From an archaeon (lineage in GTDB: Archaea > Asgardarchaeota > Thorarchaeia > Thorarchaeales > Thorarchaeaceae): a stretch of DNA of 32,000 nt. The DNA lies in contig JAJRZD010000042.1 in assembly GCA_024275415.1 (NCBI GenBank), positions 39,492 through 71,491 on the forward strand, read 5' to 3'. The notes under the pieces were generated by a model. It searched no databases. It had not been told where the DNA came from and worked only from the letters and a program-made list of their open reading frames with translations. Below are positions 17,715-27,273 of the stretch, piece after piece (position 1 is the first letter of the stretch; every line of letters starts with the position of its first letter). The translations under genes were made by a program, and so were the position numbers.

Positions 17715-20381
17715 ATGAGTTACTTCGAACTTGGTACATCAAATAAAGTTCTAGTCTTTTGCTTTGTCCTGTCATGCTTAATCCCATCTATGACGTATAT
17801 TCTAATAGATACTTCAGCAGGAGCTAACTGGATAAAATCCATTGAGAACTTGCCAATAGATGCATCAATTATAACTACGAAGAAACAAGATCAAATTCTT
17901 CAGACGGCACGAGGATTAGAAGTCGTAGCAAGCATCGAGAAGAGCATACTTGGATATTTACAAGTGAATGCTACAGAAACGCTCGCTACTACTCAGTATG
18001 GATCAGTAGAGTATTTTGGCTTATTTCCAAGATTGGTTTCTCTCATATCAGGACATCTTCCGATGAATTCTTCTGAGGTTGCCATTGAGATTAATTATTC
18101 TCGATATCATGGTTTCAATCTGAGTGACGTTCTAAGTTTCGGGAATAATGAATCTACGTCATTTGATATCGTAGGTTTCTTCGAGATAAAATCCAAGCAT
18201 CCATACTCAGGGGGCTTATTGAATGGTCGTCCAACTATTATCTTAGATATGTCATCATTCGAAAAAACCAGAAACCTGCTAGAAACTTATCGGTTCTTTT
18301 ATGATATCGATATAAAGAATGAATTACTTACTCCTATTGTCTACGATTCGCTAGACACGATCCTTAAAGAGATTTCAGAACCTATCATACAAATTGGATC
18401 TGCCTATGGAGAAACAGAAATTCATATCCTAAGGGTTTTTCAGGAGTTTGAGATACAACAGGAGTTAGCAAATAGGCAGCTTGTTTACATCGAGATGCCA
18501 ACATGGGTAGTTACAGTTGTTCTTGTATCGATGGGCGTTCACTATGTTCAGGCTTCACATCAATCATTGATTCGTGTTTTCAAGTCGAGGGGTGCAAGCC
18601 ACCGACAAATTATACGATTTGAACAACGAAATCTTGTCAAGAGCTTTTTTACGGGTGCACCACTTGGAATAATTATGGGCAGTGTACTTGCACTCGTAAT
18701 GGCTACTATAAGCAATATGACCGATGAATCAGCCATTGAAACCATCACACCCTTGTTCATTTCATCTAGGTCAATCATCAATATTCTATCTCTTGGATTT
18801 GTTCTACCATGGGTCATTTGGATGATAATATTCTTTATCTCTGATATTCAAAGAACCTCAAAGAGAATTTCTGATTCTGGTTTGAATGACTATTTGATAA
18901 AGGGGCTATTAGTGACATTATTCTTTGTTGGAATGGTTAGCATCGTTCTTTCGATATCTTCCAAGATACGGCCTTCTCAGAATCCTTGGATTGTGAATGG
19001 ATTATTGATGGGTAGTATCCTTGTGACTCCGCCAATCATTTGGATTGCTTGGAAAAGTATTGCTCACATTGGATTCAAGTCGAGGTCTAGTAGCGATATA
19101 CGAACAAAGAGGATGTCATCTCTTTTAGGTTCAGCTAGAGTAATCTTGGTTAGGAAAAGGATGTTAGTTACAGTCACGGTGGTAACACTGGCAATATCAT
19201 CCTCACTCATAGTAGGAAATGTCAGTGAGATGGTTATCATATCTCGCATCAATCAAGCACGCCAAGTTCTTGGAAGCGATGTCACATTTACGGTATTCCC
19301 TTCGAAACTGGAAGACTTGGAAGAAAATCTGATACGGCTTCGGAGTATTGAATATGTAAAAGATGCGACCTACGTCACATATCGTCAAGCTAAAGTGGGC
19401 GACGAATTGTATGCAGATTTGATAGGGATAAGACCAATTGAATTCGGTAAAACCGTATATACACAGCTTGGAAAGGATATGGAGGACTCGGCTATCAAGC
19501 CATATTTAGATGTGATGAAGAATACGACCAATGGCTTGATAATAAGCCAAGACTTGGCAGACATTCTTCATGTTTCGATTGGAGATACATTACGAGCGGC
19601 TCTGTTTGTTCAGCAAGAAGGGGATTTTCTTCATATCCCTGTGGATTTCCTCATTCTATTCATATCCGAAGAGTTGACGAATCCGGAATTGCTTATGGAA
19701 TACAATAACAACCACGAACTGATTTCAGAGAATCTTGGAAAGCGAATAATGTGGGCAAATATGGAATACATTCTAAGCTTGTCAGATTTTGATATCTCTT
19801 ATGGCATTATATTAGCAAAGACAGATAGCCATGTTCAGGAAGACCAACTTGCTGAACTCATCAGTGATATCAATATTGAAAACTATAGTCCAAAGGGGTA
19901 TTCAGCGTGGGTCTACGCTAATCCAGCCGAGATCATCTATGTTGATTCACTGAGAAGAACTGTTGGGACAGTAGCACTAGTTGGGACTTTTATCGTGTGC
20001 TTCACCCTACCATTGGTATATTTTCACTCTGACCGGGAATCAAGAGATCGTGAGATTGCCATACTCAAAGCGCTAGGAGTGTTGGATTCATCAATATTCA
20101 AATCATACTTCATCGAGTTCCTATATCTTGTGTTGGTAATGATGGAGTTGCTTGTTCTATTTATCCCTGTGTTCTTAATGACATCACTTACGATTGGAAT
20201 CGATGGGGCCTGGAATTATGTTAGGTTGGAAACAAACATCCTGTATGCATATCTACTAGCTCCGATAGCGGTATTCTTGTTTGCGGGCATCCTATCCATA
20301 ATATTCAGTCTGAGGAAACGCTCAGAATCTATTAGATTGATGTTACGCAGACAAGAGATGTATCATTTGGAGGAATGGTAA
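17715..20381 (+). CDS. FtsX/MacB-type ABC transporter permease (two FtsX modules)
   Basis: Repeated TM1-large extracellular domain-3TM layout; FKSRGASHRQI and REIAILKALGV motifs; LGSDVTF periplasmic-domain start. Confidence 0.85.
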   Translation: MSYFELGTSNKVLVFCFVLSCLIPSMTYILIDTSAGANWIKSIENLPIDASIITTKKQDQILQTARGLEVVASIEKSILGYLQVNATETLATTQYGSVEYFGLFPRLVSLISGHLPMNSSEVAIEINYSRYHGFNLSDVLSFGNNESTSFDIVGFFEIKSKHPYSGGLLNGRPTIILDMSSFEKTRNLLETYRFFYDIDIKNELLTPIVYDSLDTILKEISEPIIQIGSAYGETEIHILRVFQEFEIQQELANRQLVYIEMPTWVVTVVLVSMGVHYVQASHQSLIRVFKSRGASHRQIIRFEQRNLVKSFFTGAPLGIIMGSVLALVMATISNMTDESAIETITPLFISSRSIINILSLGFVLPWVIWMIIFFISDIQRTSKRISDSGLNDYLIKGLLVTLFFVGMVSIVLSISSKIRPSQNPWIVNGLLMGSILVTPPIIWIAWKSIAHIGFKSRSSSDIRTKRMSSLLGSARVILVRKRMLVTVTVVTLAISSSLIVGNVSEMVIISRINQARQVLGSDVTFTVFPSKLEDLEENLIRLRSIEYVKDATYVTYRQAKVGDELYADLIGIRPIEFGKTVYTQLGKDMEDSAIKPYLDVMKNTTNGLIISQDLADILHVSIGDTLRAALFVQQEGDFLHIPVDFLILFISEELTNPELLMEYNNNHELISENLGKRIMWANMEYILSLSDFDISYGIILAKTDSHVQEDQLAELISDINIENYSPKGYSAWVYANPAEIIYVDSLRRTVGTVALVGTFIVCFTLPLVYFHSDRESRDREIAILKALGVLDSSIFKSYFIEFLYLVLVMMELLVLFIPVFLMTSLTIGIDGAWNYVRLETNILYAYLLAPIAVFLFAGILSIIFSLRKRSESIRLMLRRQEMYHLEEW

Positions 20382-23078
20382 TTGTTTCTATCTGAAAGAG
20401 TGACATTCAACACTAATATTACTATTCTCGGAATAGTATCGTGGTTACTACTATCATCCGCCGTTAGTGGAAGTATTACTATTATCGCGATATTTGAGTC
20501 GAACATCACAATGGATTATTTAGATTCAGTATCATTGGACATTGGTGTCAGTGCACAGAAAGAGTACAAAACTCAAACTACGATGAAGATTGGCGATGTG
20601 GTTGCGATAATTGAACGACTGGGAATGTCCAATCGAGTAGAAGCTATCGGTCGATTATTGGTGTCAACTAGTTCAATTTCATGGAACCCTATTACACTAA
20701 TAGGAGTCAATGACTCCTTTTTTTATTCATTCGATGATTCCTTCACAATTCAAACCTCATCTAGTCTTGACCCATACTCGTGCATAGTGGATCTCGAATA
20801 CTTATTGGAACAGGGACTTCATATCGGAGATAACATCACATTGACACTTTTCGGAACTAACGAGAATGAGAAAAGCATCTCAAAGGAGTTTCGAATAATT
20901 GGAACATATGATTCGACATTCTTGGATGCAGAGAAGAAAATTAATCCATATGATGACTGGATTGAGCCAAGAATAATTACTTCATATAATGGAGTTCGTG
21001 CTAGATACAATGATAGCTATTTTGGAGAGTCAAATGGTGTCAATGTGGATATTCTCATAAGAATCCGAAGGGACTTGCTAATTGGTAAGGATGTAGATCA
21101 CATACTTGGTTTTATTCAGGAAACGCAAAGTGAAATTGATCAATTGCTATTACCGTACTTCTTTGTCTATTTGAGCGGACTTGAGGATGCTATATCTTCG
21201 TTGGAGGGTTGGAGGAATGCTGCGTATGGACTGTTTGGAGTTGTTTTCTTGCCAGGGGTAATATCATCTTTTTTGCTCACAATTTCCTATTTATCATTCC
21301 ATAAAGTGAATTCTTCAAAACGCTTTGTTGAATGGCGAGGCGCAAGTAAAAAACAAAGAGCGCTATGGGAGTGTACACCTTTTATCTTCTGTGGAGTTAC
21401 TGGTATTCTCATCTCAATTGTCATAGATGTTGTTCTAATATACGCACTTCTGAATACTCGATCATTAAACTATATTCTTAATATTGCATCCACAGCATCC
21501 TTACCTGCATCATTCTTATTGCTAGTGCCATTACTTGTTATAACTGGATCGTATTTTCTGTGGGATGAAATCAAAAAGAAGCCCACTATCAGATTCGCAA
21601 ACTGGCACAAGATGTTCTTCTCCACGGTTTTCATTCTATTGCTTGTGTATAGTGGGGTTTCAGTAAGCATCCTCTCACAATCTTTTTGGTCAAACCTTGG
21701 ATATTCTGCAACATATATTGTTACGTACCAACTAATCCTATCACTTGTTGTATTCTTAGTTCTAGGAATCTCAGGATTCGCAGTCGTTGGAAGGAACATG
21801 TATTCATCGATAATGCATTATATCGGCTTTAGAAAGCAGAATATTCTATTTCGCATCATTGTTCGTAGATTATCAAGAAATGGGATTAGATTCATTTTGT
21901 CATTGTTCTTTATCATCCTCGTTACTGCATCTATAGGATATGGGCAGATAATTTCTCAAACTTCTCACAGACACATCCATGATACAATTTGGTTCTCAAA
22001 TGGAGCTGACCTTCGAGTGACCAGCGATTCAGACCCTGATTCGATTCTTCAGGTTCTTGATAACTCGAATAGTATCAGCTCAATGAGCAAGGTAGACATC
22101 TACCAAGCATACTTTCTAAGTCAGGGTGAGATGGTACACACTTTACTATTTGGGCTTTCCGAATCGTGGTGGGATACTGTATTTCTACGAGATGATTTCT
22201 TTATTGGTCAAAGTCAGCAAAATGCAAGGGATGCCTTTCTCAAAAGTAACTTTTCGGCAATAACTAACTTTGGCAAAGTCATCGGGTTCGACTCAACAGG
22301 GCCGTTAGTAGACAACTCCGTACAGCTCTTTCTAACAGAAAACTCATCAGATTACATATCTTTGAATGTCGTAGATAGATTAGCTTTCTTTGATATTGAA
22401 TCAATGTCATTTAGTCAGAGTTTCCTGCCAGGTCATCCAAGGTTCTCGGGAAATTTCATTTTGGTTCGTGACATGGTTTTTGAGTCGTTCAACATTTCAG
22501 CAAGCAGTTTCGAAGTCTATGCATCATTTAAGGAGGATATCACACCTAGAGAGATGGAGGCGATTGAAGAGGCTTTACCTGCCAAAAGTAAGATACAATA
22601 TGCGTCAGAACTATTGGACGAAAGTTTTCTGAACAAAAGTTTTGAAGCAATGATTGATTTGGTAGACATTGCTGCGGTACTTGGTTTTTTAGCGCTTATC
22701 ATCAGTTGTCCAATTTTGGTTTCAACACAACTGGAATCTACAAGAATTGATTATGCTATTCTCAAAACATATGGTTATGAAACAACAAAAAGCAAAGTGG
22801 GGTATGGACTGGCAACTATATTGGAAATCTCTTTAGGGATGTTCTTTGGAATGATCCTTTCAATCTTCTTTGCTTTATCAATTGGAACATGGCCACTTCA
22901 AGCTCTTGTGATCGTTTCAGATATAAACTGGAATCGTATCCCTGAATCTCTTGTATTCCCATGGGATACACTCCTTCTCACTTTGGGAGGTCTTCTAGTT
23001 CTGTGGCTATCTATATCTGAGATAATACTAATGAAGCTACTGAACAGAACTTTAGTGAGTCTCCTTCCGGATGAATAG
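20382..23078 (+). CDS. FtsX/MacB-type ABC transporter permease (two FtsX modules)
   Basis: EWRGASKKQ and DYAILKTYGY motifs, NGADLRV; GGAGG SD 8 nt before the TTG start. Confidence 0.85.
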   Translation: MFLSERVTFNTNITILGIVSWLLLSSAVSGSITIIAIFESNITMDYLDSVSLDIGVSAQKEYKTQTTMKIGDVVAIIERLGMSNRVEAIGRLLVSTSSISWNPITLIGVNDSFFYSFDDSFTIQTSSSLDPYSCIVDLEYLLEQGLHIGDNITLTLFGTNENEKSISKEFRIIGTYDSTFLDAEKKINPYDDWIEPRIITSYNGVRARYNDSYFGESNGVNVDILIRIRRDLLIGKDVDHILGFIQETQSEIDQLLLPYFFVYLSGLEDAISSLEGWRNAAYGLFGVVFLPGVISSFLLTISYLSFHKVNSSKRFVEWRGASKKQRALWECTPFIFCGVTGILISIVIDVVLIYALLNTRSLNYILNIASTASLPASFLLLVPLLVITGSYFLWDEIKKKPTIRFANWHKMFFSTVFILLLVYSGVSVSILSQSFWSNLGYSATYIVTYQLILSLVVFLVLGISGFAVVGRNMYSSIMHYIGFRKQNILFRIIVRRLSRNGIRFILSLFFIILVTASIGYGQIISQTSHRHIHDTIWFSNGADLRVTSDSDPDSILQVLDNSNSISSMSKVDIYQAYFLSQGEMVHTLLFGLSESWWDTVFLRDDFFIGQSQQNARDAFLKSNFSAITNFGKVIGFDSTGPLVDNSVQLFLTENSSDYISLNVVDRLAFFDIESMSFSQSFLPGHPRFSGNFILVRDMVFESFNISASSFEVYASFKEDITPREMEAIEEALPAKSKIQYASELLDESFLNKSFEAMIDLVDIAAVLGFLALIISCPILVSTQLESTRIDYAILKTYGYETTKSKVGYGLATILEISLGMFFGMILSIFFALSIGTWPLQALVIVSDINWNRIPESLVFPWDTLLLTLGGLLVLWLSISEIILMKLLNRTLVSLLPDE

Positions 23079-23129
23079 AATAGTCGAACATCTCGTGAGC
23101 TAATGAGTGGCCTGACTGTGTGGAAATAA

Positions 23130-23193
23130 CCGCAGGCTGGCACCTTAATGTATATTCCAATACAGAGAGTCTGCAATTAGAATCATGCCAGAC
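23130..23193 (-). pseudogene. Degenerate 5'-half copy of tRNA-Arg(GCG) (positions ~10-37) with its own 33-nt hairpin intron; att-like island boundary
   Basis: GTCTGGCATGA vs GTCTAGCATGG (9/11); 33-nt insert at 23150-23182; TAAGGTGCCAGCCTGCGG vs TAAGGCGCCAGCCTGCGG (17/18). No acceptor strand and no 3' half. Confidence 0.8.
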
Positions 23194-23249
23194 ATTTGTA
23201 TTTGCTTTGGAGTCTTAGCTGCGGAATATCGTCCATGTGCGGATTTCGA

Positions 23250-23450
23250 CTAGGAGATTGATAATAGGTTGACGATTGCACGGCTGTTCCGCTTTGTGAC
23301 TCGGAGTGTATGTTCAGATGTCTGAAGGATGAAGCTTTCGCCTTCATCCAAATTCTCAAGGACTTTCTTCCCCATTGGGCCGTTGAGGTATCTGGCATAT
23401 CGTTCCACAACGGGGTGTTTCGAGGCACCGACCTCTTTGGTTATTGGCAT
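23250..23450 (-). CDS. Small hypothetical protein (66 aa)
   Basis: MPITKEVGASKHPVVERYARYLNGPMGKKVLENLDEGESFILQT...; protein-like composition, AGGT SD-like motif upstream of ATG 23450. Confidence 0.55.
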   Translation of the reverse strand: MPITKEVGASKHPVVERYARYLNGPMGKKVLENLDEGESFILQTSEHTLRVTKRNSRAIVNLLSIS

Positions 23451-23583
23451 ATGAATCGACCTCATCTTATCATGTAGTCGTTAGCTTGCCTTTTAAACCA
23501 CAATCAAAATGTGCCGAAGATAGGTTATTATAGAAGAGCTTAAAGGGCATTCGAAATTGATGCAACTGCGAATTGGTACAGCA

Positions 23584-23661
23584 GGGCGTGTAGTCTAGTC
23601 TGGATAGGGCGCTTGCCTCCGGAGCAAGATGTCCCAGGTTCGAATCCTGGCACGCCCGCCA
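23584..23661 (+). tRNA. tRNA-Arg(CCG), intronless, encoded CCA
   Basis: Acceptor GGGCGTG/CACGCCC; D arm GTCT-AGTCTGGATA-GGGC; anticodon arm CTTGC-CTCCGGA-GCAAG; T loop TTCGAAT; ends G-CCA. Confidence 0.96.
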
Positions 23662-23723
23662 CTCCCAATCTGCCAGCCAGTCCGATGGTCGGATTGCTGT
23701 CCGAACGTTCTCATACAGAGCAT

Positions 23724-24272
23724 CTATGACATCAGTTCGTTCGGATCGATGGGCCACCATGCGCCACGTTTACCATCGCGTTCACCACGCTCGAAACGAA
23801 GAATATGATTTCCAGTGACCTCTTTCGCACGCTGGTTCAGTTTACCGAGCCTGTCAAGAACGGTTCTTCGTTTTGTGGCATCACCCAGAATCTCTTCAGC
23901 TAGGTCTGGGGTGGTAGCTCCACCGTGCATGATAATATATGCAAGTAGTTTCCTATCGAGTTCATCGCGGCACACCTTGAGCTTTATGGTTTCGTTGAGT
24001 TCTCCCCGATAGACGCTGGTATCTCTGAGTCGCTCAAGGTAAGAAACACGAGCCTTCAGATCCTCAACCTCAAGTATGAGCTCATTTACCACAGGAGGTA
24101 ATTCTGCATCCAATCGGGAAACCACGGAATCCCGAATGAATTTTTGCCGCCCAGATTCTCCAACCAACCGGTCAATCCTGTCAACAAGTTCTCTCGGCAA
24201 ACGAACCCGAATGCTAACAGTTCCGCTCTCTCTGGGGTCTGGCAAGATACCGATCAACCACCTTAACCTCAT
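23724..24272 (-). CDS. Ribbon-helix-helix + coiled coil + winged-HTH putative DNA-binding protein
   Basis: TVSIRVRLPRELVDRIDRLVG...RQKFIRDSV (RHH); ILEVEDLKARVSYLERL (coiled coil); DRKLLAYI...GATTPDLAEEI...RRTVLDRLGKL (wHTH). Start may be TTG 24245. Confidence 0.75.
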   Translation of the reverse strand: MRLRWLIGILPDPRESGTVSIRVRLPRELVDRIDRLVGESGRQKFIRDSVVSRLDAELPPVVNELILEVEDLKARVSYLERLRDTSVYRGELNETIKLKVCRDELDRKLLAYIIMHGGATTPDLAEEILGDATKRRTVLDRLGKLNQRAKEVTGNHILRFERGERDGKRGAWWPIDPNELMS

Positions 24273-24345
24273 TATGCTAACGACACAGTTATAACAATTA
24301 GGAAAGAAGGGGCAAGAAGATATGCTTCATAGGAGATGAGCTTCT

Positions 24346-24654
24346 ATGGTGAACACAAGGAAAGCGGTTCTACGTGAAAGAACAAGATTGAGAAAAGGCC
24401 AGAATCCGCACCAGATTGATTTCAAGAGGATGCGCAAGGCCAGAAAAACAAGAACTGAGTATTGGAAGCTTATGAAACGAACTAGAGTCAAAGTGAGTCT
24501 GGAAGAAGAGCCAAAGTCCAAGAAAAAGGCAAAGAAGGAGAAAAAGCCAAAGAAAGATACGAAACCCGAAATCGAGGTCATTGATGAGGATCTTGAGGAG
24601 ATCTATTCACTGGACGAGGACTTGGACGAACTCGATGAAGAGGGCTCAGACTGA
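24346..24654 (+). CDS. Small protein with basic N-terminus and acidic C-terminus
   Basis: R/K-rich first ~75 aa and D/E-rich tail; GGAGATGA SD-like motif upstream. Confidence 0.7.
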   Translation: MVNTRKAVLRERTRLRKGQNPHQIDFKRMRKARKTRTEYWKLMKRTRVKVSLEEEPKSKKKAKKEKKPKKDTKPEIEVIDEDLEEIYSLDEDLDELDEEGSD

Positions 24655-24730
24655 TTCCGGCACTTGGCTAGGAGTGCAAGCAACGATTTATTGAATGGAG
24701 AGGTAGTAGCATACTGAAGAGTTGGTGGTC

Positions 24731-27142
24731 ATGTCAGTAAGAAAAGCAATTGTTCTAGGATGTATGTTGATGCTTGTGGTGATATCACTGGGGCCGACAG
24801 TGACAACACCACGAGATAACCATTCAGGAAACCTTAAACCCGCGGAAACTGCCGTTAGTAGTACCGTTTCGGGCAGGATTCTTGTAGACGAGTCGCATAC
24901 TGCTAGGGATACAGAGCTGTGGACTCCTGGAAACGCGTCGCGATTTGGAAGCATGATGATGGACTATGGACATACTATCGTGACCAATTTCGATAGCCCG
25001 TTGGACTCGGGCATCCTTGATTCGTATGACATCCTCATGCTCTTCTTCCCACAAGTGGAGCTGACTACGGCAGAGGTGTCTGCGGTACACAGTTTTGTTG
25101 ACAGCGGAGGAAATCTTGTACTAGTAGGAATTGACAATCGACCAACCGTTTCGAACTACACATCACAGCCGTTGAATGCAGTTTCAGAGGTTTACGGTAT
25201 CACATTCAATCAAGATTCATTAATGGGTCGTGCGACAAGAAGTGACGGCGAACTCGTTGACCATCATATCACATACGACGTCGACTCAATATTGGCACGA
25301 GCAGGTAATTTCTTGCAAAGTTGTTCCCTAGATGTATCAAGCCCTGCAACTTCAATTGCAACAGTCAAAGGCAATGATTACTTGGCGGTTGCAGAAGTGG
25401 GGACAGCAAAGGTCGTAGCAATTGGATCCGCATCACCATTCTTTGTTCTTGACAGGGATGGTTGGTTAGTGTCTAACGATGACAGCCATCAACTGAGTCT
25501 GAACATCATTGATTGGTTACTGGGTGAACCTGAGAGAAAAGTCGAAGTACCTGATGAATATGTAATCTCAATCAGGGACGGGCCAAACTTGTCACAAGCG
25601 GAACTGGAAGAATACCAGATGTTCGTTGGGTCTATCCATGACCATACAACATACAGCGATGGTGGAAACACAGCGAAAGAAATGCTTCTTTCTGCGGTGG
25701 AATCCCAGTTAGATTTCTTGGTCATGACAGACCACTCGTGGGAAACCCCGTCGCAGGTCGGAATCTATGGTGGCTTGGAAGTAAAGTCCCATGTAACACG
25801 CTATGGCTTGGACATTCTTCCGGTTGTCGGCGCAGAGCTCTCCAATGGACCTCACGTTATCGGATTCCCGCTTACGGAGAATATTTATTCTGGGGTCATG
25901 GAAGAGAGAGTTGGTGGGATCCATGATCAAGGGGGTATTGCGATTCTTGCACATCCATTACTTGGTCAAGGTTATATCGAGCCGTGGGACAAATATGATG
26001 ACTACGGGTTCGATGCCTTCGAAGTGATTAATACTGAGTACTTTTACGGCGAAGGCGAGTCTGCGTATTATCGACAGTTTGTTGTAGCAGACGATGCACA
26101 TTCAACGTCCATTCTGGGACAAACAGTGAATGCTATCTTTGTTAAGAACCCCACAGGGCCGGGGGGCACATTGTCAGATGCCGACATCGTTGACGCAATA
26201 TTAAACCGCAGGGTTGTTGGGCTCGTCAGACCATTGAGTGTCGTGATTGGCGACAACGTATGGGTTCAAAGATACCTTGACGTTCGCGGGAACGCACAGA
26301 CTGCAATTAGCGATGCCGAAGCCGTAATCAACCAAGCCATCAATGATGGAGATTCAGTGAACCTCGCAAGAGCGTACCTTGCTGCTGCGAAAGACGCATT
26401 TGCAAGCCAAAATCCCGCAAGAGCTATATCACATGCGACTGCTGCGTCTTCCGAGTTCATCCTAGGCATTGACATCACTCTTGATGATGGATTCGGAACA
26501 CTGAGTCCAAATACTGATGCCAGTCTCACACTGACGTTATCAAATACTCTTGTTTCTGATGTCAGTTTGAATGTCACACCATTCTTTGGAACAAACATCA
26601 TAGTTGACCAACCATATGTTCGCCTTGAGGCTCAAGCTGGAAAGTCAGGAACAGTTGAAATTACTGGTAGTGTGGGGAGCTTCGGGTATACTGACCTGTT
26701 TCTTAACCTGAAGAACTACAGCGCCAATGACTATATCCGGCCTGTGATTCTTGGAACCGGCGGGTTGATTGCAAATGTGTCACTGGCCGTGAGCTGGAGT
26801 ACCGACGGGGCAAATATCGATGTTCAGCTACGTCTTGATAGAGGGGATAATAGCTACCTCAAATCAGCAACTATCACATATGATAGTGGTGATGGCGAAA
26901 CCACAGAAGATATGGAGTACATTGGCGGTGCCTATGCCGTTACATTGGGGCCAATCGCCGCGGGAACTAACGTCACATTTACAATCACAGTAGACGACAT
27001 CTATGGGAATACGTTTATCATCGGTGAACAGAACTATCTTGTCGAGGGGACAACTATACTTGATCCTGTTCTAATGGTGGTAACCATTGCAGCTGTGATT
27101 GGCATTGTGGCATTGGTAGCTGTAATCAAGCTAAGAAAATGA
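24731..27142 (+). CDS. Cell-surface PHP-family (CehA/McbA-like) metallohydrolase with GATase-like (DUF4350-type) domain and C-terminal membrane anchor
   Basis: Signal peptide; ILVDESH...LDSYDILML.FP...FVDSGGNLVL (GATase-like); PHP motifs HDHT.YSDG, TDH, GAELS, AHP, FEVIN, DDAH; C-terminal TM helix followed by KLRK. Confidence 0.82.
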   Translation: MSVRKAIVLGCMLMLVVISLGPTVTTPRDNHSGNLKPAETAVSSTVSGRILVDESHTARDTELWTPGNASRFGSMMMDYGHTIVTNFDSPLDSGILDSYDILMLFFPQVELTTAEVSAVHSFVDSGGNLVLVGIDNRPTVSNYTSQPLNAVSEVYGITFNQDSLMGRATRSDGELVDHHITYDVDSILARAGNFLQSCSLDVSSPATSIATVKGNDYLAVAEVGTAKVVAIGSASPFFVLDRDGWLVSNDDSHQLSLNIIDWLLGEPERKVEVPDEYVISIRDGPNLSQAELEEYQMFVGSIHDHTTYSDGGNTAKEMLLSAVESQLDFLVMTDHSWETPSQVGIYGGLEVKSHVTRYGLDILPVVGAELSNGPHVIGFPLTENIYSGVMEERVGGIHDQGGIAILAHPLLGQGYIEPWDKYDDYGFDAFEVINTEYFYGEGESAYYRQFVVADDAHSTSILGQTVNAIFVKNPTGPGGTLSDADIVDAILNRRVVGLVRPLSVVIGDNVWVQRYLDVRGNAQTAISDAEAVINQAINDGDSVNLARAYLAAAKDAFASQNPARAISHATAASSEFILGIDITLDDGFGTLSPNTDASLTLTLSNTLVSDVSLNVTPFFGTNIIVDQPYVRLEAQAGKSGTVEITGSVGSFGYTDLFLNLKNYSANDYIRPVILGTGGLIANVSLAVSWSTDGANIDVQLRLDRGDNSYLKSATITYDSGDGETTEDMEYIGGAYAVTLGPIAAGTNVTFTITVDDIYGNTFIIGEQNYLVEGTTILDPVLMVVTIAAVIGIVALVAVIKLRK

Positions 27143-27163
27143 GAGGGCTTTTCCCCTCTCATT
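27138..27163 (+). terminator. Hairpin at stop of PHP gene
   Basis: AATGAGAGGG-CTTTTC-CCCTCTCATT perfect 10-bp inverted repeat overlapping the stop codon. Confidence 0.45.
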
Positions 27164-27273
27164 CTGTTTCTGTTAGCGATGCTTGTTTATATGATATGTC
27201 AGAAAGCCTTTAGAGCAATAGAGAGGCTATCAGTCCCTGAGCCCTTGGTACTCTAGGTTTCGGTGGTAAAAAA

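Larger units (their letters stand above)
15613..23193. mobile_element. AT-rich genomic island integrated at tRNA-Arg(GCG), apparently degenerate (no integrase)
   Basis: Direct repeat CCGCAGGCTGGCGCCTTA (15613-15630) / CCGCAGGCTGGCACCTTA (23130-23147), 17/18 identical. Lower GC (sample line 21421-21480: 17/60 GC; flank line 1381-1440: 32/60). IS scar and accessory membrane cargo inside. Confidence 0.72.

Noticed and set aside
20379-20384. Stop-codon readthrough fusing the two permeases (in-frame TAA-TTG; same junction at 16890-16895)
   Set aside because: TAA is not a known recoded codon, a GGAGG SD precedes the TTG at 20382, and each gene is a complete two-module permease.
23130-23193. Trans-spliced split-tRNA 5' half
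   Set aside because: It lacks acceptor nt 1-9, has mismatches in the D stem, G19 and the BHB helix, and has no complementary leader/trailer partner; an intact gene exists nearby.
23584-23720. tRNA-Arg(CCG) as an integration site
   Set aside because: No duplicate of its 3' or 5' part was seen in the window.
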